NCBI GenBank assembly: GCA_002811645.1 | Contig: PDIP01000063.1 | Span: 135,431-199,430, forward strand | Length of the DNA: 64,000 bases | Direction of reading: 5' to 3' | From: Corallochytrium limacisporum Hawaii | Lineage: Eukaryota; Protista; Pluriformea | Made by a program: the position numbers and the translations under genes | Notes under the pieces: generated by a model | Database searches by the model: none | What the model was told of the DNA's origin: nothing | The model's input: only the letters and a program-made list of their open reading frames with translations | Part shown: positions 44,573-55,498 of the stretch, piece after piece | How the letters are laid out: each line of letters begins with the position of its first letter | How positions within the stretch are numbered: position 1 is the first letter of the stretch

Positions 44573-45769
44573 TTATTTCGAAGTCTGGCTCCTGCTCTCC
44601 ACACTGGCGGCCTGTGGTACTTGTCCTACGCTGCTGCTGTTTTCCGGACTCTGCACCGTCTCCTGTCCCGGCCGATAGTTAAACACAATTTGTTTGATTA
44701 TGTGATTGCTCAGGCCCGAAATGGCATCAACGGAGATCTTCTGCGCGTCAGCAACCACCCGGGCCATCTGATCCGCGTCCTTGCGCTTGCCGTCGGGCAT
44801 GAAGTAGCCCACCCGACCCATGGCCTGCATTTTGCTATGCAACTGCTCCATCTTGGTGGCGACGTCACGCGTCTGTCCAACCAGATACTCATTGTTGGCA
44901 AGCAGAGATGTGGTCTGTAGACTACTTACCCAGTACTTGACCCATAGTGCATCGAAAAGGGCCTTATCCATTGAAGAGATGAAGTAACTCACCTCCAGCT
45001 GATAGTATTGATTTGCATGAACACCAAAGTCCTCAACCTTCTCGATGGGTATGTTGCGTGTTGTGGACAGCGCACTGCCACCACCGCTAATACCTGAGCC
45101 GGTGGCTCCACTGCGGGTCCCACTGTCCTTACCGACCGCTCCACCCTTGGCACCACTGTCGTCAACTCCGCCAGAGCCGGAGGGTGGCTTGTGGCCCTCA
45201 GGATAGGTTCGAAACGCGCCCAGTTCTACCTTTCCTGCCATTTGCGTCCGCACAGGATCAATCACGACCGCCACATACGGATCTTCGTGCTCCTGGTGCA
45301 GACGCTGCGTACTGACGTCAATACCGGAGAGCCAGCAGCCGTAGCCGGGGTGGGAATGGTACCAACCGATCATCGACTCTGGTCGGTTCACACGCTTGAT
45401 CAAGTCCATATAGCCGACCATGAATTCGTAGCCCTCGTCATGAGCATTAACACGTGTTTCTGTACCCTCAACTGGGATTGGGAACGCGTCCATAACTACC
45501 ATGGTATCACCAGTCACCTTACCTTGCATGATTCCCATGACCTCAATGTCTCCCCCAGACTTCGCGTGAGTTACCATCTTCACCAATGCCACACTGCTAA
45601 TCTTTACCTTTTTGAAGTGGTGCGGATCCTGCAACCAGGGTGCGCTGGTTTTGCTTTGTCGGTCCTGCTCTTCATCAAAGGCATAGATCTGATCCATGGC
45701 TGCCATGTCCTCCATCTGTTGAACGTCGTTGGCCATTTCCCAGTTCTTTTTAGCCATATCAGAGTCCAT
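44573..45769 (-). CDS. COPS5: COP9 signalosome subunit 5 (JAMM metalloprotease)
   Basis: EVMG, PVEGTETRVNA, GWYHSHPGYGCWLSGIDV and KVEDFGVHANQYY. Confidence 0.96.
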   Translation of the reverse strand: MDSDMAKKNWEMANDVQQMEDMAAMDQIYAFDEEQDRQSKTSAPWLQDPHHFKKVKISSVALVKMVTHAKSGGDIEVMGIMQGKVTGDTMVVMDAFPIPVEGTETRVNAHDEGYEFMVGYMDLIKRVNRPESMIGWYHSHPGYGCWLSGIDVSTQRLHQEHEDPYVAVVIDPVRTQMAGKVELGAFRTYPEGHKPPSGSGGVDDSGAKGGAVGKDSGTRSGATGSGISGGGSALSTTRNIPIEKVEDFGVHANQYYQLEVSYFISSMDKALFDALWVKYWVSSLQTTSLLANNEYLVGQTRDVATKMEQLHSKMQAMGRVGYFMPDGKRKDADQMARVVADAQKISVDAISGLSNHIIKQIVFNYRPGQETVQSPENSSSVGQVPQAASVESRSQTSK

Positions 45770-46609
45770 GGTTGCTGGGTGGTTTAATGCTTGCGAGCTT
45801 CAGTGAGTTTCTTTCGTCAAAACGTACCTTTCTGTTCAAAATCCTTACCTGTGGCAGTTGCTCAGTCCATGGTTTTCTCCTTAACCTAGTTGAAGCCAGC
45901 TCAACTGAAGTTTCCTTTCAATTTTGATCTCGGTCCAATCCTCTACAGGTTTATGAATCTGGTCTGCGCAATATCGCCCGAAATACCAACCCCGCAGCAT
46001 CATACAGGAATTCCAAGTCTTCCCTTCTCCCTTGCCCTTTAACAGAAATCATTGATGCCACTTCAGCAACGTTGACAATGATGAAGCACGGGAACAGCAA
46101 GACGAGATCGAACTTTGCAATCGAAGAACGCTGGTATTGGAAAAAGGCCAAACACTGCCTCGCACCCCACCTTCCCGGTCCCCCCCCCCTCCCCCCGGGG
46201 GAGGATGGTCCGAACGCAGCAGCCACCAGCTACCACCACCCAGCAGTCGGGGTGGGCACACAAGAACGGGCAAAAACTGGCCCCCCCCTCGCGGGCATTG
46301 CGGCCCCGTGGGCACCTCTCCAAGTCCCAACCAAACGGAGAATTTGGCCCCACAACAGTCAGATTGTGTTGTCCATTACCAGACCTCTATTCTGTCAATG
46401 TCCTTTCGCTGTATCAACAATCATGATGATGGCTATGTATAAAATGCTGCCCTCTAGCGAAGAAGATCGAGCTTGCTTCTCTGTAGGGAATCTCGCTCAG
46501 AGTACCGTATCGGATCAGCCATGACGTCTTGAAACTAGGTATTGACGACCTTATAGTATTTCTTTAAAGCAGGGTTCAATGAGCCTCTAGTGTAACATAT
46601 AGAGCATAA

Positions 46610-49528
46610 ATGCTGGGGCGCAGCAGATCGGCAACCGGCCTGCTGGCTCGGGTGTTGCAGTCTCGGGCGATCCACATAGCCCGGAACCGCAAGCCGATGG
46701 GAAAGATGGCCGAAAACTACAGCCACGCTGAGGTCGAAGCGAATTGGCAGGAGATTTGGCGTCAGAGAGCCACAGAACGTCAGCAATCTAACGCATTGGA
46801 ACGCCCCAAACCCGACCACTATGTTCTGACCATGTTTCCCTATCCCTCTGGATCGCTTCACATGGGCCACGTCCGGGTCTATACAATTGGAGACGTGGTC
46901 GCTCGTATGAAGCGCATGCGAGGGCATGATATTGTGCATCCGATTGGTTGGGATGCATTCGGCCTCCCTGCAGAAAACGCTGCCATCGAGCGAGGGGTTC
47001 CCGCCAAGGAGTGGACGAATCAAAACATTGCCCAGATGAAGACGCAGTTCGAGAGGCTGGGCATTTCGTTTGATTGGCACCGCGAGTTTGCGACCTGCCA
47101 TCCGGATTACTACAAATGGACGCAATGGATTTTCTTGGAACTGTTCAAGACAGGACAGGCGTACCGGGCAGGAGGTATGGTGAATTGGGATCCCGTAGAT
47201 GAGACGGTGCTGGCCAATGAACAGGTGGATGCTGAGGGCAGGTCCTGGCGTTCCGGCGCGGTAGTTGAGCGTGTGCTACGGGAACAGTGGTATTTCCGTA
47301 TCACCGATTACGCAGATGAATTATTGGGACATTTAGAAGGATTAGACTGGCCAGAGACCATAAAAACACTGCAGCGACAGTGGATCGGCAAATCAGAGGG
47401 TGCATCGATTAGGTTTACGATCGTGAGCGCTGATCGTCAGGACCAGCAGCAGGAGGTTGAAGTCTTTACAACCCGACCGGACACGCTCTTCGGTGTCAGT
47501 TACCTGGCCATGGCCAAGGATCACGATGTCATACAGCAACTGGCACCAACCTTTGAGGCACCTGATGATTTTGGTGGGTCCTCATCGTCCACAGTCAATA
47601 ATTTCCACAAAGACCCCTCCGCGGGCTATTGCGTGACACCTCTGCGGGCAATCCACCCGCTCACCGGCGCTGAGATCCCGGTTTATGTCGCAGACTACGT
47701 GATTGCGGACTACGGCACCGGAGCACTGATGGGAGTCCCTGCCCATGACCAGCGGGATTTTGCCTTTGCTTCTCACCACGGTCTGCCCATTACATCTGTC
47801 GTAAATGCGGAAGGGACACGTGAGTACAGTGCTCACATGGAGCTCAAGGCCGCATACACTGGCCATGGGACGCTGACCAACTGTCCACCAGGCTTTGCAC
47901 ACCTCAACGGCGAGCCGAGTTTCGAGGGAGGACATGCGATCGTCGCTGAGCTCGAAAACAAGGAGAAGGGCGAGGGTAAAACACAATACCGTCTGCGCGA
48001 CTGGCTGGTCAGTCGGCAGCGCTACTGGGGCGCTCCGATCCCAGTGGTGTATTGCGAATCCAATTGTGGGATCCAGCCTGTGCCCGTGGAAGACTTGCCA
48101 GTCATGCTTCCGCAGTTGTCCAAAGAGGAGCTAAAGAACCCGAAGGGAAGCCCGCTGAGCCGGGCAGAGGCATGGCGCCGGGAGGCGAACTGTCCGAAAT
48201 GTGGTGGTCCCGCACTGCGCGAGACAGACTCAATGGATACTTTCGTCGACAGTTCTTGGTACTTCCTGCGCTACCTGGATCCGCGCAATGCCGATACGTT
48301 TGTGGGCACGGACGTTATGCCAGACATCCCCAGGGATGGCCACCGGGCTTTGGTTGACGTGTATGTGGGGGGCAAGGAGCATGCCGTACTCCATCTGCTC
48401 TACGCGCGCTTCATCACGAAAGCGTTGCGTGACATGGGCCATGTGCCTTATGACGAACCGTTTCAGCGTCTAATTGCGCAGGGCATGGTCCTAGGAAAAA
48501 CTTTCCGCATCGAATCGAGTCAAAAGCCTGTACCTAGTGGCGAGGTTGAGTACGTGGCTCCGTCTACTGGCGGTGATGGCAAGGGCTTCTACCGTCACAT
48601 TAGCACCGGCGCCATCTGCACCGCCACACACGAAAAGATGAGCAAATCAAAGCTCAACGGCGTGGACCCGAACGACGTGATTAGTCGATACGGTGCCGAT
48701 ACTGCGCGTCTCTTCACGCTTTTCTCTGCGCCACCTGCGGATGAGCTTTCATGGGACGATCAGGCGGTGGTTGGTGTACATCGATGGTTGCACAGATTCT
48801 GGAAACTCTGCTATGAGTACTGCAGCGTGCACAGTCACGCACAGGAGGGCATTGATTCCGCGGCATGGGCCTCATCCAACGGGGGTAGGCACCTTCTCAA
48901 ATTGCGGAATCACCTCATTGATGATGTAGAACAGAGCCTCGTCCATACCGAAGCCTTCAACAATGCAGTGCCGGCCCTGATGAAGTTCACAAACGGTTTG
49001 AAGGAGCCTGCGATCCTGGACGGGGACAAGCAGAGCCTGGACTACGGGATAGCCCTAACCACCGCAGCGCAGCTGCTCAGCATCCTCGCACCGCATGTCG
49101 GCTGTGAGCTGCACGGTCAGCTGGTAGACTCCCATACAGGACTAAGCACGGAGTTAATGCGGTTGGGCATGATCCCAAAGAAGACATGCTCCGAAGCCAT
49201 AGACTATGCGCCATGGCCGCGACAGTATGCCGACCTCCACTCCCTGCGGGAGGGATCCCAGGTGGCGTTTCGGAGCAGTGCAGACCATGACCATGACGAG
49301 GAGCAGATCACACTCGTCGTACAGATCAACGGAAAAACCCGGGCCACGACTCAAATCCCTGTCAGGCAGAAAGGCGTCGAGGACGCGTTGCGTGACTTGG
49401 CCCTGGCGCTACCAGATGTCCAACGGCATATTCCGAATCGTCAGGATATCATTAAGACAATCGTCCCTAAGCAGGGCACCCTGATTAATCTGGTGATTGC
49501 AAAACCGAACAAGAACAAGAGAGCGTAG
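46610..49528 (+). CDS. LARS2: Leucyl-tRNA synthetase, mitochondrial (bacterial-type)
   Basis: MFPYPSGSLHMGH, GWDAFGLPAENAA, LRDWLVSRQRYWG, MDTFVDSSWY and KMSKS, with an Arg-rich presequence. Confidence 0.95.
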   Translation: MLGRSRSATGLLARVLQSRAIHIARNRKPMGKMAENYSHAEVEANWQEIWRQRATERQQSNALERPKPDHYVLTMFPYPSGSLHMGHVRVYTIGDVVARMKRMRGHDIVHPIGWDAFGLPAENAAIERGVPAKEWTNQNIAQMKTQFERLGISFDWHREFATCHPDYYKWTQWIFLELFKTGQAYRAGGMVNWDPVDETVLANEQVDAEGRSWRSGAVVERVLREQWYFRITDYADELLGHLEGLDWPETIKTLQRQWIGKSEGASIRFTIVSADRQDQQQEVEVFTTRPDTLFGVSYLAMAKDHDVIQQLAPTFEAPDDFGGSSSSTVNNFHKDPSAGYCVTPLRAIHPLTGAEIPVYVADYVIADYGTGALMGVPAHDQRDFAFASHHGLPITSVVNAEGTREYSAHMELKAAYTGHGTLTNCPPGFAHLNGEPSFEGGHAIVAELENKEKGEGKTQYRLRDWLVSRQRYWGAPIPVVYCESNCGIQPVPVEDLPVMLPQLSKEELKNPKGSPLSRAEAWRREANCPKCGGPALRETDSMDTFVDSSWYFLRYLDPRNADTFVGTDVMPDIPRDGHRALVDVYVGGKEHAVLHLLYARFITKALRDMGHVPYDEPFQRLIAQGMVLGKTFRIESSQKPVPSGEVEYVAPSTGGDGKGFYRHISTGAICTATHEKMSKSKLNGVDPNDVISRYGADTARLFTLFSAPPADELSWDDQAVVGVHRWLHRFWKLCYEYCSVHSHAQEGIDSAAWASSNGGRHLLKLRNHLIDDVEQSLVHTEAFNNAVPALMKFTNGLKEPAILDGDKQSLDYGIALTTAAQLLSILAPHVGCELHGQLVDSHTGLSTELMRLGMIPKKTCSEAIDYAPWPRQYADLHSLREGSQVAFRSSADHDHDEEQITLVVQINGKTRATTQIPVRQKGVEDALRDLALALPDVQRHIPNRQDIIKTIVPKQGTLINLVIAKPNKNKRA

Positions 49529-49578
49529 TTGCTCTAAGCTATTGTACAATAGACGCATATCTTAGTTCGACTATGCCA

Positions 49579-51300
49579 TCATGACTTCTTCGTCGCGCAT
49601 TGTTTCTCAGAGAACTTCTTGTACGCGTCCTTAACTAGACCCATGTCCGATTCGGCCGCTTTGGTAAGCAAGCTGCTGCCTTCCATCGCGGTCGTTCCTC
49701 TGTACTGTTCCAATAGCTTCAGTGTCTCAGTGGTCATGTACATATACGAGCTGACGGTCCTTTTGACCACCGATTCCCAGCTGCCTCTTTCAGCATCTCT
49801 ACTGTCCACACCAGCATTGATCCACGTCACAAGCAGGATTCTGAGCTGCCGCACGACGTGTATCAAGAGCCTCGTGAACGGTTTGCCGCCCTGGTTTGCT
49901 AGGAAGCTGTCCCGCGCTTGGTGCCAATCATTCATGGTAATTCCTTCAAGGGCGGGGCCGCAACAATGTGGGATCTTCTCCCCTGTTTCTGTCCGAGCCA
50001 TCAGGATGTGTGACAACAAGTGGTGGGAGTGACTCAGCAGTTCGCTGACCGTTACAACCTCATCCTCAATCAGGCGAGAGCTGATAGGACAAAACTTTTG
50101 GAGGAAGACGAAGGCTTCACTGCTGTGACGAATACCCCTCGCCATGGTCGATGCATCGATAAGGTCCGTCTCGGGCGCGAGGCGCACACAGTGCTTACTA
50201 TGTGGCGCGTTAAAGGCCAGTCCTTGGTCGGAGAAAGTCTTAACGTCGAAACCGAGATCCAGCATTAGCATCCAGCCGGCGTACTGTAAGGTGCCGTGTT
50301 CTATGCGAACAAAGCGGAGGAAACGCAAGGCGCCCACGGCCAGCTCAGTGGCGAACCTACCCAGAATGAATTCGCTCTGAGCGGAGCCGAGGGACAGAAC
50401 ACTGAGCTGGAAAGTGCGTTGCATAAACCAAAGAAGGGCGTTACAGCTTGCCTGGCGCAACGTACCTCTATCCCACGTCCGACGTCCCTGGCTACGGCGG
50501 TTGAGCGCGACGTAGGCGTAATCAATACCTGTCCAATCACTAGTATTGGAATGGGTCTGGAATTCCTTGGCGGCCGACGAGGAGAGGTTAGTGAACAGCC
50601 GCTGCCAGAGCGCAACGTTTTGATTGTAGGTTACAGAGCTCCAGGCTTTGGCGATCGCATCGATGCGCCGTTGAGTTTTGACGTCTGATACCTCCGACCC
50701 TTGCCCACATATGTTACGAAGCGCCTCTAATGTGGCCTCCAATGGTTGAACAAAACGACAACCAAGAATTTGGATCAAGCAGTCTTCGAGATCGGTTTTG
50801 TCTTGAGAGCATTCAGCAATCTTGTCTGTCATCTGCTTAATTCGTTCTTTGTCCTTTTCCTCACTTACCTTACCGCGCAGCTTGACAATTTCACATTGCA
50901 GGATTTCATCCCAACGCGGATCGGTATCCGTTGAAAAGACAGTGAAAGAAGGGAAAATTCCGGCTTCGAACTCGGCATGTATTTCTTTAGTCTTCCCTGA
51001 ACCGATTGATTTGAAAGCTACATCTTCTATGGGTGGTTCCGGTCGATATTGTTCTACGTCTGTCCCTGCGGCCACCGAGCTTCTTGTGGGCGCAGCGTGG
51101 TCATGGTATGGTAACACGAAAGATGGCATTGTGGCATGATAATATCGTTCGTAGGAGTGATTCACCTTACGCTCACGCTCCTTTAGGATACGATCCCATA
51201 CAGTGCCGACTGTATTGCATGCTTCACCAAGCTTTCTCCGTTTGGTTGTAAGCGGTTCGGCCACGATTTCCCCTGTACATCTGCTATTGTCCTGCCACAT
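49579..51300 (-). CDS. Hypothetical protein (573 aa, likely helical, KRRK NLS-like motif)
   Basis: Long ORF that fills the space between neighbouring genes; no family recognised. Confidence 0.75.
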   Translation of the reverse strand: MWQDNSRCTGEIVAEPLTTKRRKLGEACNTVGTVWDRILKERERKVNHSYERYYHATMPSFVLPYHDHAAPTRSSVAAGTDVEQYRPEPPIEDVAFKSIGSGKTKEIHAEFEAGIFPSFTVFSTDTDPRWDEILQCEIVKLRGKVSEEKDKERIKQMTDKIAECSQDKTDLEDCLIQILGCRFVQPLEATLEALRNICGQGSEVSDVKTQRRIDAIAKAWSSVTYNQNVALWQRLFTNLSSSAAKEFQTHSNTSDWTGIDYAYVALNRRSQGRRTWDRGTLRQASCNALLWFMQRTFQLSVLSLGSAQSEFILGRFATELAVGALRFLRFVRIEHGTLQYAGWMLMLDLGFDVKTFSDQGLAFNAPHSKHCVRLAPETDLIDASTMARGIRHSSEAFVFLQKFCPISSRLIEDEVVTVSELLSHSHHLLSHILMARTETGEKIPHCCGPALEGITMNDWHQARDSFLANQGGKPFTRLLIHVVRQLRILLVTWINAGVDSRDAERGSWESVVKRTVSSYMYMTTETLKLLEQYRGTTAMEGSSLLTKAAESDMGLVKDAYKKFSEKQCATKKS

Positions 51301-51658
51301 TTCAATTTTTACCCAATTTTCTTTAACTATGATACCCTACAGACTGTTAAACATGTCAAGACAGGGTTTCAAAGAGATTCGAATAGCTGTCCTGCGGTCA
51401 ACTCGAGGGAGCAGAACATCAGTACCCCGCGTCAAAGAACCACGGCCTAGTAGGACTGAGAGACCCACCGCGACCTTCTAAATTCTTCGCGCCTTCCTGG
51501 GCCATGCCACTGGGAGGGGCGGGGTAGAAAGGCACTTGAGAGAGGCACAGACGCAGAAGAGTTCAGCATGGACAAGCCATACCCCCTTCTGCTTCAACAA
51601 TTCATCAAAGCATTGTATTGGAGTTGCGTTTAGGGAAACAGAGTCTTTTGAATTAAGT

Positions 51659-53374
51659 TTATGCAGCTAATGCTTCCCCGCGGTGCATGGCCTGATGTTT
51701 TGCGGTGGCCTCAGCCAGGGTTTCACCGTCCTCAACGGCCGTGGTGCGTAGGTCACTACCCACATAGCACAGAGCACTCTTCGCTCGATCTGCGGCCACG
51801 AGCTTCGTGCCATCATGAGACCACTGCAGACGGTTTGCTTGAAGCAATTTGCCATCGTCAAAGAGAGGCAGTTCAACGCTGGTAGCGCCGCTGGATTTCC
51901 AGAAGTATACGCAGTTGCCACCCGTTACCACCGCCAGCGAGGTGAGCGGTTGCAGTCTGGTACTGGGGGTGGCCTTGCCCCCTATCTCCACTCCTTCTGA
52001 CACAGACTGGGACGGTGGCAAAGGTGACCAGGCAACAGCACGAACGCTCTGCTTCAGTTTCATCAACGCACACAGCGACAGGGTCTTCAAGTTCCAGATC
52101 CAAACACAAAGCGGGAAGCGCTGTTCTACAGTGGCCAAGTACTCACCAGCTGGGTCAAAGGCCACTACGCTGGCGCCCATGGTCGGCAACGGTTCGGTTT
52201 CGTCTGCATCGAACATAGCGGAAAAGCCAAACGTCGCATAGCCGCCGCCGAGAGAAGTGTGACGGTTCGTGTCACGCCCACAGTCGACAGCGAACAGACC
52301 GTCGTCAGTCTGGGAGCTACTGCCACCACTCTTTCTGCTGGCCGACGCAACAGACCGTTGAGCAGCACGGGCTGCAGCGGACTTGCTGTGCTTCGGCACG
52401 ACATCTTGTTCGTCACCAACGCCAATACCGGGCTGCTTAGCCTTGAGATTAAACGGCAGTGGCTGGATCTGGAAACTCCGATAGCCTTCACTGGGGTGCT
52501 CAACTTCAGCATAGACGATGCACGAGGGATCAGTGATGGGCGTCTCGTGCTGCAGGGCAGCAATAGGTTGGAAAGTTAGAGCATTGATCAAGTGTACTTC
52601 GCCATTGAACATGCCAGCAGCGAAAAAGGAGCCCAAACGCGGGCTCCAGCTCAGAGTGCGTGCGCCCAGAGCGTTTGTATAAGGCTGCAGACGCAGCACC
52701 TCCGTACCGTCCAGGGCGTACACGAGAACCGTCGTCTCCAAGTTCGTGTCCCGTACTGCAATGTGAGCGTCATCTGGGGACCAAGAAATAGCTTCACAAT
52801 CTGTAGTTCCCAGGTCAATGTTAATCCGAATGCGCCAATTAGATGTAGTAATGATACTCAAGCTGTCACGGCATTCGTTGCGTTCGGCGACTGCGACCAG
52901 TGCACCTGAGGGGCTCCACGCGAGGCAGCGCTTTGGCGACTTGATGCTCGCCATGTGGTGTACACTCCGTGAGGTCAGACTCCAGACTGTGAGTTTTAAG
53001 TTGAAGTCCGATGCAGTCAGGACATGCCGCGAATCCGGCGCAAAACATGCCCAGCTGAGGCCGGCCGCTCCCTGGTCAATCTTGCAGCTCCATTCCTTCT
53101 TGTCCTCGTCCAGAATAGTCTTCGGCCTGCCAGAGACCCCAAAAACCACAACTACAGACCGCTTGACAATACTGCACATGATAAGACCTGAATCACAGCT
53201 CCATTCCACCGCATCGACAACGTCTGGACATTCAAAATTGTGTACTGGGGGTGACTCCGGATCGTCTACTGAGCGAATCATTACCCGAAAGAGTTTCACA
53301 CTGGCCAAGTACTTGCCGTTGGGACTGAATGAAAACAGTCCCTGGCTGTGTCTAAAGGGACCACAAAGTTCCAT
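51659..53374 (-). CDS. WRAP73: WD repeat protein WRAP73/WDR8
   Basis: FSPNGKYLA, WSCKIDQGAAGL..ACFAPDSRHVLTASDFNLKLTVWSL, AERNECRD, Y..ALGARTLSWSP and P..VWIW. Confidence 0.9.
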   Translation of the reverse strand: MELCGPFRHSQGLFSFSPNGKYLASVKLFRVMIRSVDDPESPPVHNFECPDVVDAVEWSCDSGLIMCSIVKRSVVVVFGVSGRPKTILDEDKKEWSCKIDQGAAGLSWACFAPDSRHVLTASDFNLKLTVWSLTSRSVHHMASIKSPKRCLAWSPSGALVAVAERNECRDSLSIITTSNWRIRINIDLGTTDCEAISWSPDDAHIAVRDTNLETTVLVYALDGTEVLRLQPYTNALGARTLSWSPRLGSFFAAGMFNGEVHLINALTFQPIAALQHETPITDPSCIVYAEVEHPSEGYRSFQIQPLPFNLKAKQPGIGVGDEQDVVPKHSKSAAARAAQRSVASASRKSGGSSSQTDDGLFAVDCGRDTNRHTSLGGGYATFGFSAMFDADETEPLPTMGASVVAFDPAGEYLATVEQRFPLCVWIWNLKTLSLCALMKLKQSVRAVAWSPLPPSQSVSEGVEIGGKATPSTRLQPLTSLAVVTGGNCVYFWKSSGATSVELPLFDDGKLLQANRLQWSHDGTKLVAADRAKSALCYVGSDLRTTAVEDGETLAEATAKHQAMHRGEALAA

Positions 53375-54687
53375 ATTTCTGTCTGTGTGTCTGCCGCTTC
53401 TGTTTCTTTACCTCCCTGATTTCTGAGGACGATTCCGAGCTGTGATCCCTTAAGCGAACTCCTTGTTGAAGCACGTGTATTCCACTGCTACCCAAATACG
53501 TCAAAATCTCAGCGTTCTTCTAGGCGCATTCCAAAGATCCACTGCAACAAAAAACCAAAGGCATCCGAGCTCCCATGACAAGAAGTTTGGACCACTGGTT
53601 CCGTACGTGGTCTCATCTGGCAAAGGTCTCATCGGCTCCTGTAGTGCGCACCAGAAAGGCCGCTCACCTGCGGCCGAAGGGGGTCCCTACGGGCCCTCTC
53701 CCCTTCCCGCCAAAAATCATTGGCTCCTTGACTCGGGAACAGCCCCCAATCATGACAAACTGACCCCTTTCTTGAGAGGTCTTAAATACATTCCGGAGTC
53801 TATTTTATTCCCCTTTCCTTTCGCCGATCTACCGGGTGACCTCGATTGGCGACACAAGGGAGGCGCGGAGAGCCCCTTGGTAGGCGTTTGGGCGTTCTGT
53901 TCCCGGGTGCAAATACTATTTATAGCAACACTTATCAATACATTCACTATAGAAATATCCCGGTGACGTGGATTGGAGAGGTGTGACACCGCGTGGAAGT
54001 TGAAATTAGCGCACGTACCTCAGTGTTTAGCTTGCCCCGGTCGACTGCAACCTTTCCTTTGCGGAACATTCGGTGCGTTCAGTATCGCACAGTCCCACTG
54101 AAATTCTCGAACCTGTCTCCCTGTCGCTTGCCCTCCCTCTCCGAACCGCCGGCAGAAGGGGGCCCCCTCACTTTTTGTTCCACCGAAATCCCGGGCCTCA
54201 CCTTCCTCCCCGGTACTTAACGAAGCGGTACTTCTCTGTGTGGCCCCTCGAGAGAGAAGGGAGCGGAGGGGTGGGGACCGGAGAGACGGAAAGTGTCAGG
54301 CCAACGAAAATGAAAGAGTCGCTGCCGCGTCCACAGTCGCGCCTTCCGCCAAAAAGAAACGGTGAAAAGTGAGAGCGCGTAGGCCAGAGAACCACTCCCC
54401 TCCCCCCCCCCACCGGTATTGACACCCTCCACTTCCCGGTGCTAAAATGTATGACTCGTCGCGATAGTGAATGAACCGCGACCATTTTTGGTGAGGAACG
54501 GCTCTCATTCTTTCTTCGTCAGAAGGACACAATCACCGTGTGGAGGAGGGCACACAGCAGGGGAAGGCGGAGGACGGAGGTGGCAGACTGAAGCAGTGAG
54601 GAGCGGTAAGCAGGGTCAGTCGGGTGTCATCGGGGACGGGGAGCATAGAGCCGGCAGTTTGCACCGGTCTCAAACCAACCCTTCCCC

Positions 54688-54919
54688 NNNNNNNNNNNNN
54701 NNNNNNNNNNNNNNNNNNNNNNNNNNNNNNNNNNNNNNNNNNNNNNNNNNNNNNNNNNNNNNNNNNNNNNNNNNNNNNNNNNNNNNNNNNNNNNNNNNNN
54801 NNNNNNNNNNNNNNNNNNNNNNNNNNNNNNNNNNNNNNNNNNNNNNNNNNNNNNNNNNNNNNNNNNNNNNNNNNNNNNNNNNNNNNNNNNNNNNNNNNNN
54901 NNNNNNNNNNNNNNNNNNN
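54688..54919. other. Assembly gap flanked by C-rich tracts
   Basis: Ns in sequence. Confidence 0.99.
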
Positions 54920-55498
54920 CACCCTTCTTCCCCCCTCCTGGTCTGCCGAGGGGCTGCAACCCTGTGCAGCCAGTGGCCAAATTGAGGGCCCGGGGAAGCC
55001 GGGAATTAGTGAGAGGCAGCGGGCATTGTGATACGGCAGGGCACGGGGAGACGATTTGGATTTGGTGTTCGAAGAACTTACGGCGCACCACGTTCGGACG
55101 CGGTATGCAGGATGTGTTGTAGGAATTCTTTGTCTGCTTTTGTTATGATAAAGAGACACAGATGATGTGTAATACAGCTGTATACGTGGGATTACTACGC
55201 ATGATCATACGGTTCAGTGGCAGCAGTAAACTTGGAGGAACTAGAGGGGTACACAAGAAGGTACAATAAAGTAACATCAAAAACTTGTTTGTCAAGATGG
55301 TTTAGACTATGGCCGTACTGCTGGACAGGGTGACCTCATCTAGTATCTCTAAAGCGAACCGGTTAGGACAGGACTATCAGAGTTCGGTCACTGTAAATGT
55401 CCTGTGTAGTCATTGCACTATAACCAAACAAGTTTCGATTTATCAAGATACACGGATCTGACAGAGACATCTGAGAAGGAGAAATCTAGACAGACGCA

